Source of the DNA: Pyrinomonadaceae bacterium
GTDB taxonomy: Bacteria > Acidobacteriota > Blastocatellia > Pyrinomonadales > Pyrinomonadaceae
Reading direction: 5' to 3'
Length of the DNA: 64,000 nucleotides
Assembly (NCBI GenBank): GCA_046313635.1
Contig: JBKBYA010000006.1
Span: forward strand, 1-64,000
Part shown: positions 10,218-20,662 of the stretch, piece by piece
Layout: every line of letters starts with the position of its first letter
Numbering within the stretch: the first letter of the stretch is position 1
The notes under the pieces: model-generated
What the model was told of the DNA's origin: nothing
Databases searched by the model: none
What the model saw: only the letters and a program-made list of their open reading frames with translations
Translations under genes and position numbers: made by a program

Positions 10218-12098
10218 CTATTTGCCATCCACGGCGACAACACTTCCCAATTTCACGAAAGCGTTCTCCCGCTTGACCCGCACTTTAAGTCGCGGCGAGG
10301 CGCGGCGTTCGCTTGCCGTGTTGTCGGCGGTTTGGGAGCGGAAGGTGACGCTGTACGCGGTACGTAGCTGGCGGACGATGTCTTGGTAGGCGGTCTGGAT
10401 CTGCGAGATCTGCGTGATCGGATAGTACATTCCGCCGGAAATCTGAGCGAGTTTTTCTCCCTCGCCCTCGGCGCGGGCGGTGAGGCCCATGTATTTTTGG
10501 CGCATCGCGTCGATCGACTTGTCGGGATCGTATCCGGCCGAAGCGGCGATCAAACGCGATGACACGTATAGCGGGTAAAAGAGCGCTCCGCTCTCCTGGA
10601 TCGAACCCATCAGCGAATCGAACGAGAGGAACGAGCGATTGTCGTTGCCGTCGGTCAGCACGACGACGGCCGAGCGTTCGCCGCGGATCGACCGCAAAGT
10701 GTCGGCAAGCGTGTAGGCGAGCGCATCGTAATACGCCGTGCCGCCGCCGGCGTCGAAGCTGTCGAGACTCGCCGACAGCTTGGCCTTGTCGGTCGTAAAA
10801 CCGGAGAGCAAGTGCACGTCCTCATTGAATGTCACGAGCGCGACGCGGTCATGCGGGCCGACGGTGTCGATGAACGCGCGGGCCGCCTTGCGGATAAAGT
10901 CGACGTAATTCTCGACGCTCCCTGACACGTCGAGTACGAGCACAAGATTGAAGGGCGCGGTCGTCGGCTCGACCGAGACGACCTCGCGCGGCTCGCCGTT
11001 CTCGGTCACTTCAAAGTCCTTCGCTTCGAGCCCGGTGATCGTGCGGTTGCCGATGTCGAATGCACTCACGAGCACACGCTTGGTCGTCGCCCGCGCGGCG
11101 TTGTCTGTCGCGGTGCGGCGCGTGCCGAACGAAGGCTCGAGCTTCGCGGGCGGCAGCGTGCGCATATATTCGCCGAAGTACTTGGGGCTCGCGCGGCGGA
11201 TCGCGTCCATCAGCAGCGAGTCACCGCTTCGGATGATCGACTTTGCGGCGCTCGTGAGCGGACGCTCGCGAAGGTCGCTGGCGATCTCATTCGGCGGCAC
11301 GTTGAGCATGACGATGCCGCGCGCGGTCGTGAACTTTAATTCGACGTCGGTGCGCTTTGATTCTTCGGCGTCGCGGGCGGCACGCTTCTGCGCCCTTCGC
11401 TCGGCCTTGGTCGGTTTGCTTTGCTTCTTTTCGCCGTTTTGCGAGTCGGACGACGCGTCGACCGTACCGTCGGCCGCTGTCGCCGCATCATCCGCGTTCT
11501 GCGGCGTGCTGTCTTTTCGGTCGCCTTTCTTTTCCTTTTCTGTATCTTTCGGGTAGCGGCCCTTGATCGTGAACTTCCCTGCCGCGCGCTCCTTGACCTC
11601 TTCGAGCTCAAAGTCCGCGACGTAGCGCGGCCTGCTCGTCGTCCATAAAAGGTCGTATTTGATCTCGTCGTCGGGCACGTCCGCGGCGATCGTGCCGGTC
11701 GTCGTCACGGCCTCCACCGATGCGAAATTGCCCGCGACGTCGATCTCGCCCTCGGCCGTCTCGACGCGGAGCTGCACACGCTCGGGCACCGACAAACGAA
11801 TGTCGATCCGCCGATCCGCGTCGGTCGGAGCGATCTCGATCACGAGCCGGCCACCGCTGCCGGCGAGCTTGTATTCGCTGTCGGAGACCGGCTTGTCAGA
11901 TACGAGCTCGAGCTTTGCGGACGGCCTGTCGCCGTCGGGATGCTTCACGGCCTCGACCGACACGCGGCCGTACAGGTTTCGCACCTCGACCTTCGCTCCA
12001 CTGTCGAGCGCGACCTCTTTTCGCAGCGTCTGCTGCGGCCAAGCACTCGCCGTCATAAAGAGCAATGCGGCAATAAAGCTGTACGTCGATCTACGCAT
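10218..12098 (-). CDS. Secreted VWA-domain protein with N-terminal DUF4097-like beta-repeat region
   Basis: Signal peptide; LVLDVSGS MIDAS, GGGTAYYDAL, VVLTDGND. Confidence 0.85.
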   Translation of the reverse strand: MRRSTYSFIAALLFMTASAWPQQTLRKEVALDSGAKVEVRNLYGRVSVEAVKHPDGDRPSAKLELVSDKPVSDSEYKLAGSGGRLVIEIAPTDADRRIDIRLSVPERVQLRVETAEGEIDVAGNFASVEAVTTTGTIAADVPDDEIKYDLLWTTSRPRYVADFELEEVKERAAGKFTIKGRYPKDTEKEKKGDRKDSTPQNADDAATAADGTVDASSDSQNGEKKQSKPTKAERRAQKRAARDAEESKRTDVELKFTTARGIVMLNVPPNEIASDLRERPLTSAAKSIIRSGDSLLMDAIRRASPKYFGEYMRTLPPAKLEPSFGTRRTATDNAARATTKRVLVSAFDIGNRTITGLEAKDFEVTENGEPREVVSVEPTTAPFNLVLVLDVSGSVENYVDFIRKAARAFIDTVGPHDRVALVTFNEDVHLLSGFTTDKAKLSASLDSFDAGGGTAYYDALAYTLADTLRSIRGERSAVVVLTDGNDNRSFLSFDSLMGSIQESGALFYPLYVSSRLIAASAGYDPDKSIDAMRQKYMGLTARAEGEGEKLAQISGGMYYPITQISQIQTAYQDIVRQLRTAYSVTFRSQTADNTASERRASPRLKVRVKRENAFVKLGSVVAVDGK

Positions 12099-14433
12099 CT
12101 GGGGTTGGACGGCTCGTCACACGGCCCGACTGAATGAGGCGTTGGCGAACGCGCTGCTGCCAGCGTTTGCGCGGTTTGTCCGAATCTTCAAACTTCGAGA
12201 GCAGTTCGTGCATCGGCTCGCCGCCGGCCTGCCGTGTCTTTAAGAATAGCAACGCGATGATGATCGCCGTAAAGGCCGAGATGAATATATGCATCGGCAG
12301 CCAGAGTATCTGGATCAGCGACTCTGACGCCGTCGCGACCAGACGCGACTGCATATCTCCCTTTGACCTCGAGTCGCTTATCTTGAGGCGCTGGCCCGCA
12401 CCCCAGCGAAAGCTTACGCCGTCATTCTCAGGTTTTACCGCCTGTTGCTCCGGTGTGTCGGCGGGCGTGTCGGTCACCTCGATGGCCGGCGGCGCGTCGC
12501 TGTACGCCTTGAATGCGGCATTGACAAACAGCGAGAGCAGCGACGAGATGATCACCGGGATCAGAAACATCACGACGAAGCTGCCGAAGGCCGTTCGCAG
12601 CGATCGGCGAACGAGCTGCTGCGAGCGCTTGAGCGCCTTAAAGCCCGACAGCTGCTCCATCATCACGACCGGCGCGGCCAGCGTCCATACGACGTGGACA
12701 ATAAAAAAAGCGACGATCGCCGCGACGATCGCGATCAGAAAAGTGCCGACGAAATACGCGCCGGTCGGGCCGCCTGCGAGGTTGTAACCGGCGTATGCGA
12801 CGAGACCGATGCCGATCGTGACGGCAATGCCGATCGCACCGCTCATTACAAACGGCAGCAAGGTCGTCAGAGATCCCGTACCGGCAAAGGCCTTCCAGCG
12901 AGAGCGCGTTTCCTTGAGCGCCTCCCTGACGTTGATCGGCCGCAGCGGCACGGCGAGGTGCTGCGTCACGATCCAGCTCACCGTACCGACCGTCAGATAT
13001 GCGCAGAATGCTATCATCGCGCTCCAGAGCAGACTGACGATCGCCGTGAGGATCGCGGCGGCCGCATCCGAGATCACCTCGCTCACCCGCAGGAACGATA
13101 CGAGTATCAGCGTCGCCGTTAGAAGGATGACGGGGATCGACAAGAGCGTCGTCAGGCCGATGAATTTGGGCAGGTGCTCGCTGAAGATGACAAGCGAACG
13201 GCGCAGGAGCATCCAAAGCCCTTCTGACTGCGAACGCAATTCGCTCGCGAAAGCTTCGGCACTCTGCGGGCGGAGGTTCGGATCTTTGGCGAGAGCCGAG
13301 TGAATTACGGTCTTGACGGCCCGCCTCAGCTTCTTGACGTGGAGCGGCGGCGGCGGCAGATGCTTGTGGGCCTCCATCACGGCGGTGAATTCGCCTGAGA
13401 AGGGCGTCCGGCCCGAGAGCATCTGGTATGCGATCACGCCGAGGCTGTAGATGTCGGACCTCGCATCGAGCCGCTCGCCGCGGCACTGCTCGGGCGACAT
13501 ATAAAGCGGCGTTCCCAGCACGGCCCCGACGCGGGTCAGATCGTCGGTCGTTCCCGTTTGCGGCGCCGCCGGGCTGTGACCGCCAAGCGAAGCGCTAAAT
13601 TGAACACGATCGCTCGCGGCAGATCCGAGTCCCGTTTGAGCGCCGGCGTCGTCGTCGGTCGGCTGCGGCCGCTCGATGAGAGCTGTCTTGGTCTCGTCGC
13701 CATTCGGCGGGGCCTGAACGACAGTCTTCGCCTCGAGCGCCGTCGCCGCCGCGGGCTCCGACCGAAACGCGACGGTGGCTGCATCACCGGCAAAGGTATC
13801 TGACGCCGCGTCGGCAAGCGTCGTCTCGTTCGAGCGTTTGACGAAGGTCGGACGAGCGTGAGCTCCCTGAAGATCGGCAAAGTCAGCCGCCGGATCGCCG
13901 TTCTGGGCAGCGATGGATTCTTCGAGTTTTGCTATTCCAAAGTCGAGCACCTTCACGGTGTAGCCGCCGCGCTGATTGGGCTCGAGCCAGATATTGTCGG
14001 GCTTGAGATCGCGGTGGATGATGCCTTGCTTGTGCGCTTCCTGCACGGCCGAGCAAACCTGTTCGATAATATCCAGCGTCCAGCCGAGCGGGAGATTCTT
14101 CTCCTCTTCGAGTATCTCGCCCAGCGAGCAGCCGTCGAGATACTCCATCACGAGGTAGGCCACCTGGCCCTGCGAGGTGGGGGCAAAGCCGAAGTCTGTG
14201 ACGTTGACGACATTCGGATGACGGAGCCGGCCGGCGGCACGCGCTTCGCGGCGGAAGCGCTCGATGAATTCCGGCCGTGACATAAATTGCGGAGCGATCA
14301 CCTTGACCGCGACGGGCCGCTCGGTGCCGACGTGCGTCGCGAGGTAAACCGAGCCCATCCCGCCGCGGCCGAGCTCGCGCTCGATGCGGTACTTATCGTC
14401 CAGCACCTGCCCGATGAGGCCTTTGAAATCCAT
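12091..14433 (-). CDS. Hanks-type Ser/Thr protein kinase with multi-TM C-terminal domain
   Basis: LGRGGMGSVY, VAVKV, HRDLKPDN, DFG, GTPLYMSPEQ, SDIYSLG; about 6 TM helices after the kinase. Confidence 0.93.
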   Translation of the reverse strand: MDFKGLIGQVLDDKYRIERELGRGGMGSVYLATHVGTERPVAVKVIAPQFMSRPEFIERFRREARAAGRLRHPNVVNVTDFGFAPTSQGQVAYLVMEYLDGCSLGEILEEEKNLPLGWTLDIIEQVCSAVQEAHKQGIIHRDLKPDNIWLEPNQRGGYTVKVLDFGIAKLEESIAAQNGDPAADFADLQGAHARPTFVKRSNETTLADAASDTFAGDAATVAFRSEPAAATALEAKTVVQAPPNGDETKTALIERPQPTDDDAGAQTGLGSAASDRVQFSASLGGHSPAAPQTGTTDDLTRVGAVLGTPLYMSPEQCRGERLDARSDIYSLGVIAYQMLSGRTPFSGEFTAVMEAHKHLPPPPLHVKKLRRAVKTVIHSALAKDPNLRPQSAEAFASELRSQSEGLWMLLRRSLVIFSEHLPKFIGLTTLLSIPVILLTATLILVSFLRVSEVISDAAAAILTAIVSLLWSAMIAFCAYLTVGTVSWIVTQHLAVPLRPINVREALKETRSRWKAFAGTGSLTTLLPFVMSGAIGIAVTIGIGLVAYAGYNLAGGPTGAYFVGTFLIAIVAAIVAFFIVHVVWTLAAPVVMMEQLSGFKALKRSQQLVRRSLRTAFGSFVVMFLIPVIISSLLSLFVNAAFKAYSDAPPAIEVTDTPADTPEQQAVKPENDGVSFRWGAGQRLKISDSRSKGDMQSRLVATASESLIQILWLPMHIFISAFTAIIIALLFLKTRQAGGEPMHELLSKFEDSDKPRKRWQQRVRQRLIQSGRVTSRPTPDA

Positions 14434-14789
14434 AGGGTAAATACCCGCCAACTCTAACTGTTTTCAAACTGGGGGCGCAAGTAATTACGGGCCGGAGCCG
14501 ACTTTGTTGCCAAACCACCGTTTGAGACCGAGATCACAGCGGCAAATGACCCCGAGGCAGATCTCCAAACAACCGTGATCAAGATTTCTGTTGCCATCGC
14601 GCGGCTTCTGCCTTAGACTTACGGCACGCATCACAAGGCAGCCGGGATACCCCAAAATATTTGGCGAAAAATAGTCGTTTCATCTGTGCAACACCGTTTC
14701 ACAAAACGGCAGCTAAGTGCTAAGATAATCCCACGGTCGGCCGGCGACCTCGTTCCGAGATCTCGACCGGAGCCGTCACACAAAAAACC

Positions 14790-15794
14790 ATGGATAAAGG
14801 AAAAGCCATCGAGTCTGCTCTGTCGCAGATCGAAAAGAAATTTGGAAAGGGTTCGATCATGCGTCTCGGTGAGAAGCCGCATGAGGAGGTAGGAGCCATC
14901 TCGACCAACTGCTTGAGCCTCGACGCCGCGATCGGCGTCGGCGGATTTCCCCGCGGCCGCATCGTCGAGGTCTACGGGCCGGAGAGCTCCGGCAAGACGA
15001 CGCTCGCTCTGCAGGTCGTCGCCTCCGCACAGCGGCTGGGCGGCATCGCCGCTTACATCGACGCCGAGCACGCGATGGACCCGGATTATGCCGCCAAGCT
15101 CGGCGTTAATGTCGACGACATGCTGATCTCGCAGCCCGACTCGGGCGAGCAGGCGCTCGAGATCGCCGAGACGCTCGTGCGTTCTAACTCGGTCGACGTG
15201 ATCGTCGTCGACTCGGTCGCGGCACTCGTACCGCGTGCGGAGCTCGACGGCGAAATGGGTGACTCGCTTCCCGGCCTGCAGGCCCGTCTGATGTCGCAGG
15301 CGCTTCGCAAGATAACGGCGATCGTGTCAAATTCGAACACCTGCTTTATCTTCATCAATCAGCTTCGCGAAAAGATCGGCGTCTTTTTCGGTTCGCCCGA
15401 GACGACGACCGGCGGTAAAGCTCTCAAGTTCTACGCGAGCGTCCGTCTCGACATCCGCCGCATCGGCGCGATCAAGGACGGCGAGAACGTCGTCGGCAAC
15501 CGCACCCGCGTCAAGGTCGTGAAGAACAAGGTGGCACCTCCGTTTCGCGAGGCCGAATTTGACATAATGTACGGAGAAGGCATCTCGCGCGAAGGCGACG
15601 CTCTCGATCTCGCGGTAAATCACAACGTCGTGGAGAAGAGCGGCGCGTGGTTCTCGTACTCCGGCGAGCGTCTCGGCCAGGGCCGCGAGAACGTAAAGAA
15701 CATGCTCAAGCAAAACCCCGAGCTGCTCGAACGCATAGAGACCGACGTCAAGATAAAGCTCGGGATGATCAAGACCGATGCTGTAACGGCTTAG
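14790..15794 (+). CDS. recA: Recombinase A
   Basis: [46 protein letters not shown]. Confidence 0.99.
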   Translation: MDKGKAIESALSQIEKKFGKGSIMRLGEKPHEEVGAISTNCLSLDAAIGVGGFPRGRIVEVYGPESSGKTTLALQVVASAQRLGGIAAYIDAEHAMDPDYAAKLGVNVDDMLISQPDSGEQALEIAETLVRSNSVDVIVVDSVAALVPRAELDGEMGDSLPGLQARLMSQALRKITAIVSNSNTCFIFINQLREKIGVFFGSPETTTGGKALKFYASVRLDIRRIGAIKDGENVVGNRTRVKVVKNKVAPPFREAEFDIMYGEGISREGDALDLAVNHNVVEKSGAWFSYSGERLGQGRENVKNMLKQNPELLERIETDVKIKLGMIKTDAVTA

Positions 15795-15818
15795 TCGCGG
15801 CCGATCTTTGATACTAAT

Positions 15819-15857
15819 AAGAGGCCGTCCAAAAGGGCGACCTCTTCTTATTTTTTT
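15819..15857 (+). terminator. Intrinsic terminator after recA
   Basis: AAGAGGCCGTCC-AAAA-GGGCGACCTCTT then T-rich tail. Confidence 0.65.
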
Positions 15858-15905
15858 CGAAGAGTCTTGAGCTCTCTCCGGTCCATGGACCGCTTGCGGT
15901 GGGCA

Positions 15906-16361
15906 TCAAGGCGTCGGGGTCGCCTTTGGCCGGTTCGGTCTCATCTGGTTTTCGCCTTTCCGCATCGACCGCATCTCGATGTTGCCCTGCGGCGGCAGGG
16001 TCGGGTCAGGCGTCGACTGGCCGTTCATCATCTTTCGCAACGTCTCGGGATCGGGGATGCCGGGCGTCGGCGTGGCCCCCGGCTTGAGCGGCTTGCCGAT
16101 CGTCTTCGGATCGGGAATGCCGGGCGTGGGCGTCGCGCCCTTGTTTGCGACGTTCACCGCCTCAACCGGCGGGATGCCCGGCGTCGAGTTTGCGGACGGC
16201 TGGATCGGTTCTACAGTGATGCCGGCGGGCAGCTGATCGGCATTAACATTCTCGAGCGGACCGACCGCGACATTCGCATTCGTATTCATCGCCGGATGGC
16301 CGCCGCACGCGGCGATCAAAACAGAAGTTCCCAACAACACAAGCACAGCGGATCGTTTCAT
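15906..16361 (-). CDS. Proline-rich lipoprotein with TPGIP(D)P repeats
   Basis: Lipobox LIAA-C; two GATPTPGIPDP repeats plus one STPGIPP; GAGG RBS. Confidence 0.8.
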   Translation of the reverse strand: MKRSAVLVLLGTSVLIAACGGHPAMNTNANVAVGPLENVNADQLPAGITVEPIQPSANSTPGIPPVEAVNVANKGATPTPGIPDPKTIGKPLKPGATPTPGIPDPETLRKMMNGQSTPDPTLPPQGNIEMRSMRKGENQMRPNRPKATPTP

Positions 16362-16510
16362 CGATAGACCTCGGATTTAAAAATAACTGTGCCGGTTTGA
16401 AGGTTGCGTCCCTGGAGGACAGCGACGGCGTTCAAACCGGCACGGGTAGGCATCAAACGGAATTCGGAAGGTTTCGGCAGCTGACATAGGCTAACAGCTG
16501 CTAAACCCGA

Positions 16511-16538
16511 ATTATAGGCCCGACGACGGTCTTGTCAA
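16511..16538 (-). promoter_or_regulatory. Consensus sigma70 promoter
   Basis: TTGACA (16538-16533), 16 nt, TATAAT (16516-16511). Confidence 0.75.
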
Positions 16539-16599
16539 CACTGTTTCGTCCGAAATTTTTGAGCCGCGGTCGCGGTTTTTGGCTCCCGCGGGTCGTAAT

Positions 16600-16629
16600 T
16601 TGACACTCGACGACCGCGTTCTTTACACT
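16600..16629 (+). promoter_or_regulatory. sigma70 promoter for tRNA-Phe
   Basis: TTGACA, 18 nt, TACACT. Confidence 0.65.
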
Positions 16630-16667
16630 TGGAGTTTCGTGCCTGACCGGTGGAGATCGGGGCACGC

Positions 16668-16743
<76 letters not shown>

Positions 16744-16768
16744 CGAATCTGATGCGAATCACGACCGC

Positions 16769-17962
16769 TCATTTGGCGGTCGTTTTGTTTTGGCCTTGAT
16801 CGCGCTCGATCTCGGAAGCTCCGGCGGCGGCGGCGCTGACGAGGATCGTCGGCTCGATCTTTGTTTGCTGTCTGTATTCGCGACCGATCACGGCGGTAAA
16901 AGTCGCGACCGCTTCGCGCTTGACGAGATTTACCGTCGAGCCGCCAAACCCGCCGCCGGTCATTCGGGCGCCGAGCACGCCGTCGAGGTGCGATGCGATC
17001 TCGACGAGCAGATCGAGTTCGCGGCAGCTGACCTCGTAGTCGTCGCGGAGGCTTGCGTGCGACGCATACATCAGCTCGCCGAAGCGCGCGAGGTCCGATC
17101 CGGCGAGGGCCTCGGCAGCGCGCAGTGTGCGTTCATTCTCTGAAATGACGTGCCTCGCACGACGACGATGCGGCTCGGGCAGAGAATTTTCGCGACTTTC
17201 AAACTCCGCTATCGAGACGTCGCGGAGCTGCTCGATATGGGGCAGCTCACGCTTGAGTAGTTTGACCGCTTCGTCGCATTCGCGCCGCCGGTCGTTGTAT
17301 GCAGAGGTCGCAAGGTCGTGCTTGACGTTGGTGTCGCAGATCACGACCGCGACATCCGAGGTGTCGAAGGGCAGATCCCTATAGTCCAGCGAGCGGCAAT
17401 CAAGGAGCAGCGCGTGACCGGCCGCGGCGTGGGCCGAGACAAATTGGTCCATGATGCCGACATTCGCACCGACGAATTCGTGCTCGGTCTGCTGGCCGAT
17501 CTTCGCGATCAGCGTGCGGTCGATATCGCGGCCGGCGATCGTCGTCATCGACAGTCCGATCGCGACCTCGAGTGCGGCGGACGACGAGAGGCCCGCTCCC
17601 GACGGCACGTCCGACCAAATGACGAGATCGGCCCCGACGAGCCGCTGGCCGTGACGCTCAAGCAGTCGACAAACGCCTTCGACATAATTGAGCCAAAAAC
17701 CGCGCTTCCCTTTGAAATCCTGATCGAGGTCGAATTCAGCCGTCTCGTCAAAGTTGGCCGTATGCACCTTGACCACGCGATCCGAGCGCGGCCGAAGCGC
17801 GACCGCGGCCTCGCGGTCGATCGCCATCGGGAGGACGAATCCGCCGTTGTAATCGGTGTGCTCGCCGATCAGATTCACGCGTCCCGGAGCGCGAAACAGG
17901 CGCGGCTCCCCGCCCGGAAAAACCGACAAAAAGATCTCTCGAAGTTTCGCGTAGTCGATCAT
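16769..17962 (-). CDS. galK: Galactokinase
   Basis: APGRVNLIGEHTDYN, PSGAGLSSSAALE, GARMTGGGFGG; ATGA overlap with galT stop. Confidence 0.97.
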   Translation of the reverse strand: MIDYAKLREIFLSVFPGGEPRLFRAPGRVNLIGEHTDYNGGFVLPMAIDREAAVALRPRSDRVVKVHTANFDETAEFDLDQDFKGKRGFWLNYVEGVCRLLERHGQRLVGADLVIWSDVPSGAGLSSSAALEVAIGLSMTTIAGRDIDRTLIAKIGQQTEHEFVGANVGIMDQFVSAHAAAGHALLLDCRSLDYRDLPFDTSDVAVVICDTNVKHDLATSAYNDRRRECDEAVKLLKRELPHIEQLRDVSIAEFESRENSLPEPHRRRARHVISENERTLRAAEALAGSDLARFGELMYASHASLRDDYEVSCRELDLLVEIASHLDGVLGARMTGGGFGGSTVNLVKREAVATFTAVIGREYRQQTKIEPTILVSAAAAGASEIERDQGQNKTTAK

Positions 17963-18951
17963 TCGTTTTGCCACACGACAGGCTCGATATGCGATCGCAT
18001 CTCGACGGCCTTGTCCTCGGCGAGCGTGTCGTTGATGAACATCCCGGCGCCGGTCTCGCTGCCGGCGAGGTACTTCAGCTTCGTCGCCGTGCGCATCGGC
18101 GGGTAAAACTCGATGTGAAAGTGGTAGCAGCCGTACTCGCCGCCGTCCGACGGTGCCTGGTGCAGCACCATCATGTACGGGAACGAGATGTCGAATAGCT
18201 TATCGAAGGCGACCAAAACCTGTTTCAGTATCTCGGCCAGATCGAGCTGCTCCCGCCGGCCAAACTGCGTAATATCCTGCACGTGTCTCAGCGACGCGAT
18301 GTGCAGCTCGTACGGATAGCGTGCAAAGAACGGAATGTACGCCGCGAAGCTCGCGTTTTCCGCGACGATGCGCTTCGCAAACCTCCGCTCCTCGGCGACG
18401 ATGTCGCACATCAGGCAGCGGCCAGTGCCGTCGAAGTGCGCTTTCGACTGCTCGACTTCCTTCGCGATCCGCGGCGGAACGAACGGATACGCGTAGATCT
18501 GTCCATGCGGATGATGCAGCGTCACGCCGATCGCCTCGCCTTTGTTCTCAAAGATAAAAACGTATTTGACGAAGTCGATGGCCGACAGCTCCCGATATCG
18601 ATCGGTCCAGACCTGCACAAGCTTGTAGATCTGCTCGACCGGTTCGCGGGCGAGCGTGGACGAGTGGTCCGGCGTGTAGACGACGACCTCGCATTCGCCG
18701 AACGAAGGGCGGACGGGATAAAGATCGGTAGCTTCGACGGCCGGCTCAGGCGGTGCGGGCGAGAGCGACGGGAAGCGATTTTCAAAGACGACGATGTCGT
18801 ATGTCGGTTCGGCGATCTCGGTCGGAAAGCCGCCGGGCCTGGTCGGGCACAGCGGGCAAAAATCGGCGGGCGGCAGGAACGTCCGGTCCTGTCGATGCGT
18901 CGCGGTCGCAACCCATTCGCCGAGCAAAGGGTGCCAGCGGAGCTCAGACAT
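17959..18951 (-). CDS. galT: Galactose-1-phosphate uridylyltransferase
   Basis: MSELRWHPLLGEW, CPLCP, FENKG..IGVTLHHPHGQIY; GGAGG RBS. Confidence 0.96.
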   Translation of the reverse strand: MSELRWHPLLGEWVATATHRQDRTFLPPADFCPLCPTRPGGFPTEIAEPTYDIVVFENRFPSLSPAPPEPAVEATDLYPVRPSFGECEVVVYTPDHSSTLAREPVEQIYKLVQVWTDRYRELSAIDFVKYVFIFENKGEAIGVTLHHPHGQIYAYPFVPPRIAKEVEQSKAHFDGTGRCLMCDIVAEERRFAKRIVAENASFAAYIPFFARYPYELHIASLRHVQDITQFGRREQLDLAEILKQVLVAFDKLFDISFPYMMVLHQAPSDGGEYGCYHFHIEFYPPMRTATKLKYLAGSETGAGMFINDTLAEDKAVEMRSHIEPVVWQNE

Positions 18952-19105
18952 TACTGCCGTCCTCCGCGTTTTGATCCTGCTCGTCGGCCTGATCATCGCC
19001 GTCAGCACCGAAGCTGTAATAGATGATGTACCGGCGGCCGTCTTCCATCGTCTCGCGACGCTTGTGCATCGGCTCGACGGCCTCTCCTCTTTGATCTTCC
19101 CTCAT
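18944..19105 (-). CDS. Small protein (53 aa) coupled to galT, absent from ORF track
   Basis: MREDQRGEAVEPMHKRRETMEDGRRYIIYYSFGADGDDQADEQDQNAEDGSNV*; stop overlaps galT start (ATGTCTGA). Confidence 0.65.
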   Translation of the reverse strand: MREDQRGEAVEPMHKRRETMEDGRRYIIYYSFGADGDDQADEQDQNAEDGSNV

Positions 19106-19247
19106 GTGCTCGCTCGTGCGGACGCTCGCGAACGAGCGTCCGGCTTCCCTGTTAATTTGTCTCGTAGTTCAATGATAAACTATTCCAAAACCGTAGCAGC
19201 AAATACCGGCCTATCGAAGCAGCGTTGCCGGTCGCCAAAGACTAATC

Positions 19248-20396
19248 TTGACCGAGCCGCTCGCCAACAGGATCAGACCGCAGAATCTCGACGAATTCGT
19301 CGGGCAGACGCACCTCGTCGGCGAGGGCAAGCCGCTGCGGCTCGCGATCGAGAACGGCCACGTTTTTTCGTTCATCCTATGGGGCCCGCCGGGCACGGGC
19401 AAGACGACGCTGGCGAGAATTTACGCCAATGCCATCAACGCCGACTTTCACGAGCTGTCGGCCGTCTCCGCCGGTAAAGAGGACATTCGCAAGATCATCA
19501 ACGCCAAACGCGACGATGACAGGCCGCGCGTTTTGTTCCTTGACGAGATCCACCGATTCAACAAGGCACAGCAGGACTTTTTGCTGCCGTATGTCGAGAG
19601 CGGCGAGCTCGTGCTGATCGGCGCCACGACCGAGAACCCGAGCTTTGAGGTGATCTCGGCCTTGCTGTCGCGAATGCGCGTCTTCGTGCTCGAGGAATTA
19701 AAACCCGACGAGATGGCCGAGATCATCGGCCGCTCGGGTTACGAGCTCGACGCGGAAGCCCGCGAATGGCTGATCGAGATGGCCAACGGCGACGCTCGTC
19801 AGGCGTTGACGATGATCAGCAACACCGCCCGGCTCTACGACACGATCAGCGTCGAGACGCTCAAAGAGACGCTGCAGTCAAAGTTTCTCCGCTATGACAA
19901 AAAAGGCGAGGAGCACTACAACGTCATCAGCGCCTTTATCAAGTCGATGCGCGCGAGCCAGCCCGACGCGGCGATGTACTACCTCGCCCGGATGATCGAG
20001 TCTGGCGAGGACCCGAAATTCATCGCGAGACGAATGGTGATCTTCGCGTCCGAAGACATCGGCCTCGCGCAGCCGACGGCGCTCGTCGTCGCGAACGCCG
20101 TGTTTCGCGCCGTCGAGACGATCGGCCTGCCCGAGGCGGCGATCAACCTCGCGCACGGCGTGGCGTATCTCTCGAACTGTGCCAAGGACAAATCGGCCTA
20201 CGACGCTCTCGGTCTCGCGATGCAGGACGCGCGAAAGTTCGGCAATCTGCCGGTCCCGCTCCAGATCCGCAACGCGCCGACCAAGCTGATGAAAGACCTC
20301 GGCTACGGCGAGGGCTACGAGCGGTACCCGAAGGACGATCTGATGCCCGAAAAGTTGAAAGGCAAAAAATACTTCAAGCCGAAGGGTGGAGAGTGA
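19248..20396 (+). CDS. rarA: Replication-associated recombination protein A (MgsA/RarA AAA+ ATPase)
   Basis: PLANRIRP, WGPPGTGKTT, DEIHRFNKAQQD, GATTENPSF, ASEDIGLA. Confidence 0.96.
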   Translation: MTEPLANRIRPQNLDEFVGQTHLVGEGKPLRLAIENGHVFSFILWGPPGTGKTTLARIYANAINADFHELSAVSAGKEDIRKIINAKRDDDRPRVLFLDEIHRFNKAQQDFLLPYVESGELVLIGATTENPSFEVISALLSRMRVFVLEELKPDEMAEIIGRSGYELDAEAREWLIEMANGDARQALTMISNTARLYDTISVETLKETLQSKFLRYDKKGEEHYNVISAFIKSMRASQPDAAMYYLARMIESGEDPKFIARRMVIFASEDIGLAQPTALVVANAVFRAVETIGLPEAAINLAHGVAYLSNCAKDKSAYDALGLAMQDARKFGNLPVPLQIRNAPTKLMKDLGYGEGYERYPKDDLMPEKLKGKKYFKPKGGE

Positions 20397-20460
20397 CGCG
20401 GGCATTTAACGTTGTGAGCCGTTACGCGTCGGTCGAGCCCAGTTGGCAGCTGCCGTCCTA

Positions 20461-20607
20461 GCATAGCCACGCCCTTCAGGGCGTTGTCAGCGCGACCGAA
20501 TTGAGAGGGCGTTTCAACGCCCTTTTCGAACGAGCGAGGGAAGCCCGTTGAAACGGGCCGGGACAATTTACATCGGCCTCACCACGCCGTGAACGGCGTG
20601 GCTATGC
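20461..20607. repeat. REP-doublet/IS200-IS605-end-like palindromic element
   Basis: Terminal 13-bp IR GCATAGCCACGCC/GGCGTGGCTATGC; internal hairpins ACGCCCTTCAGGGCGT, AGGGCGTTTCAACGCCCT, GCCCGTTGAAACGGGC. Confidence 0.75.
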
Positions 20608-20662
20608 CAAGTCGAAATAGTCGGACCAAAATGCGCGGCTATGCAAAGCCGTTATTACGAAT

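Noticed and set aside
14452..14789. LexA/SOS box upstream of recA
   Set aside because: No convincing match by eye to CTGT-N8-ACAG, GAAC-N4-GTTC or GTTC-N7-GTTC.
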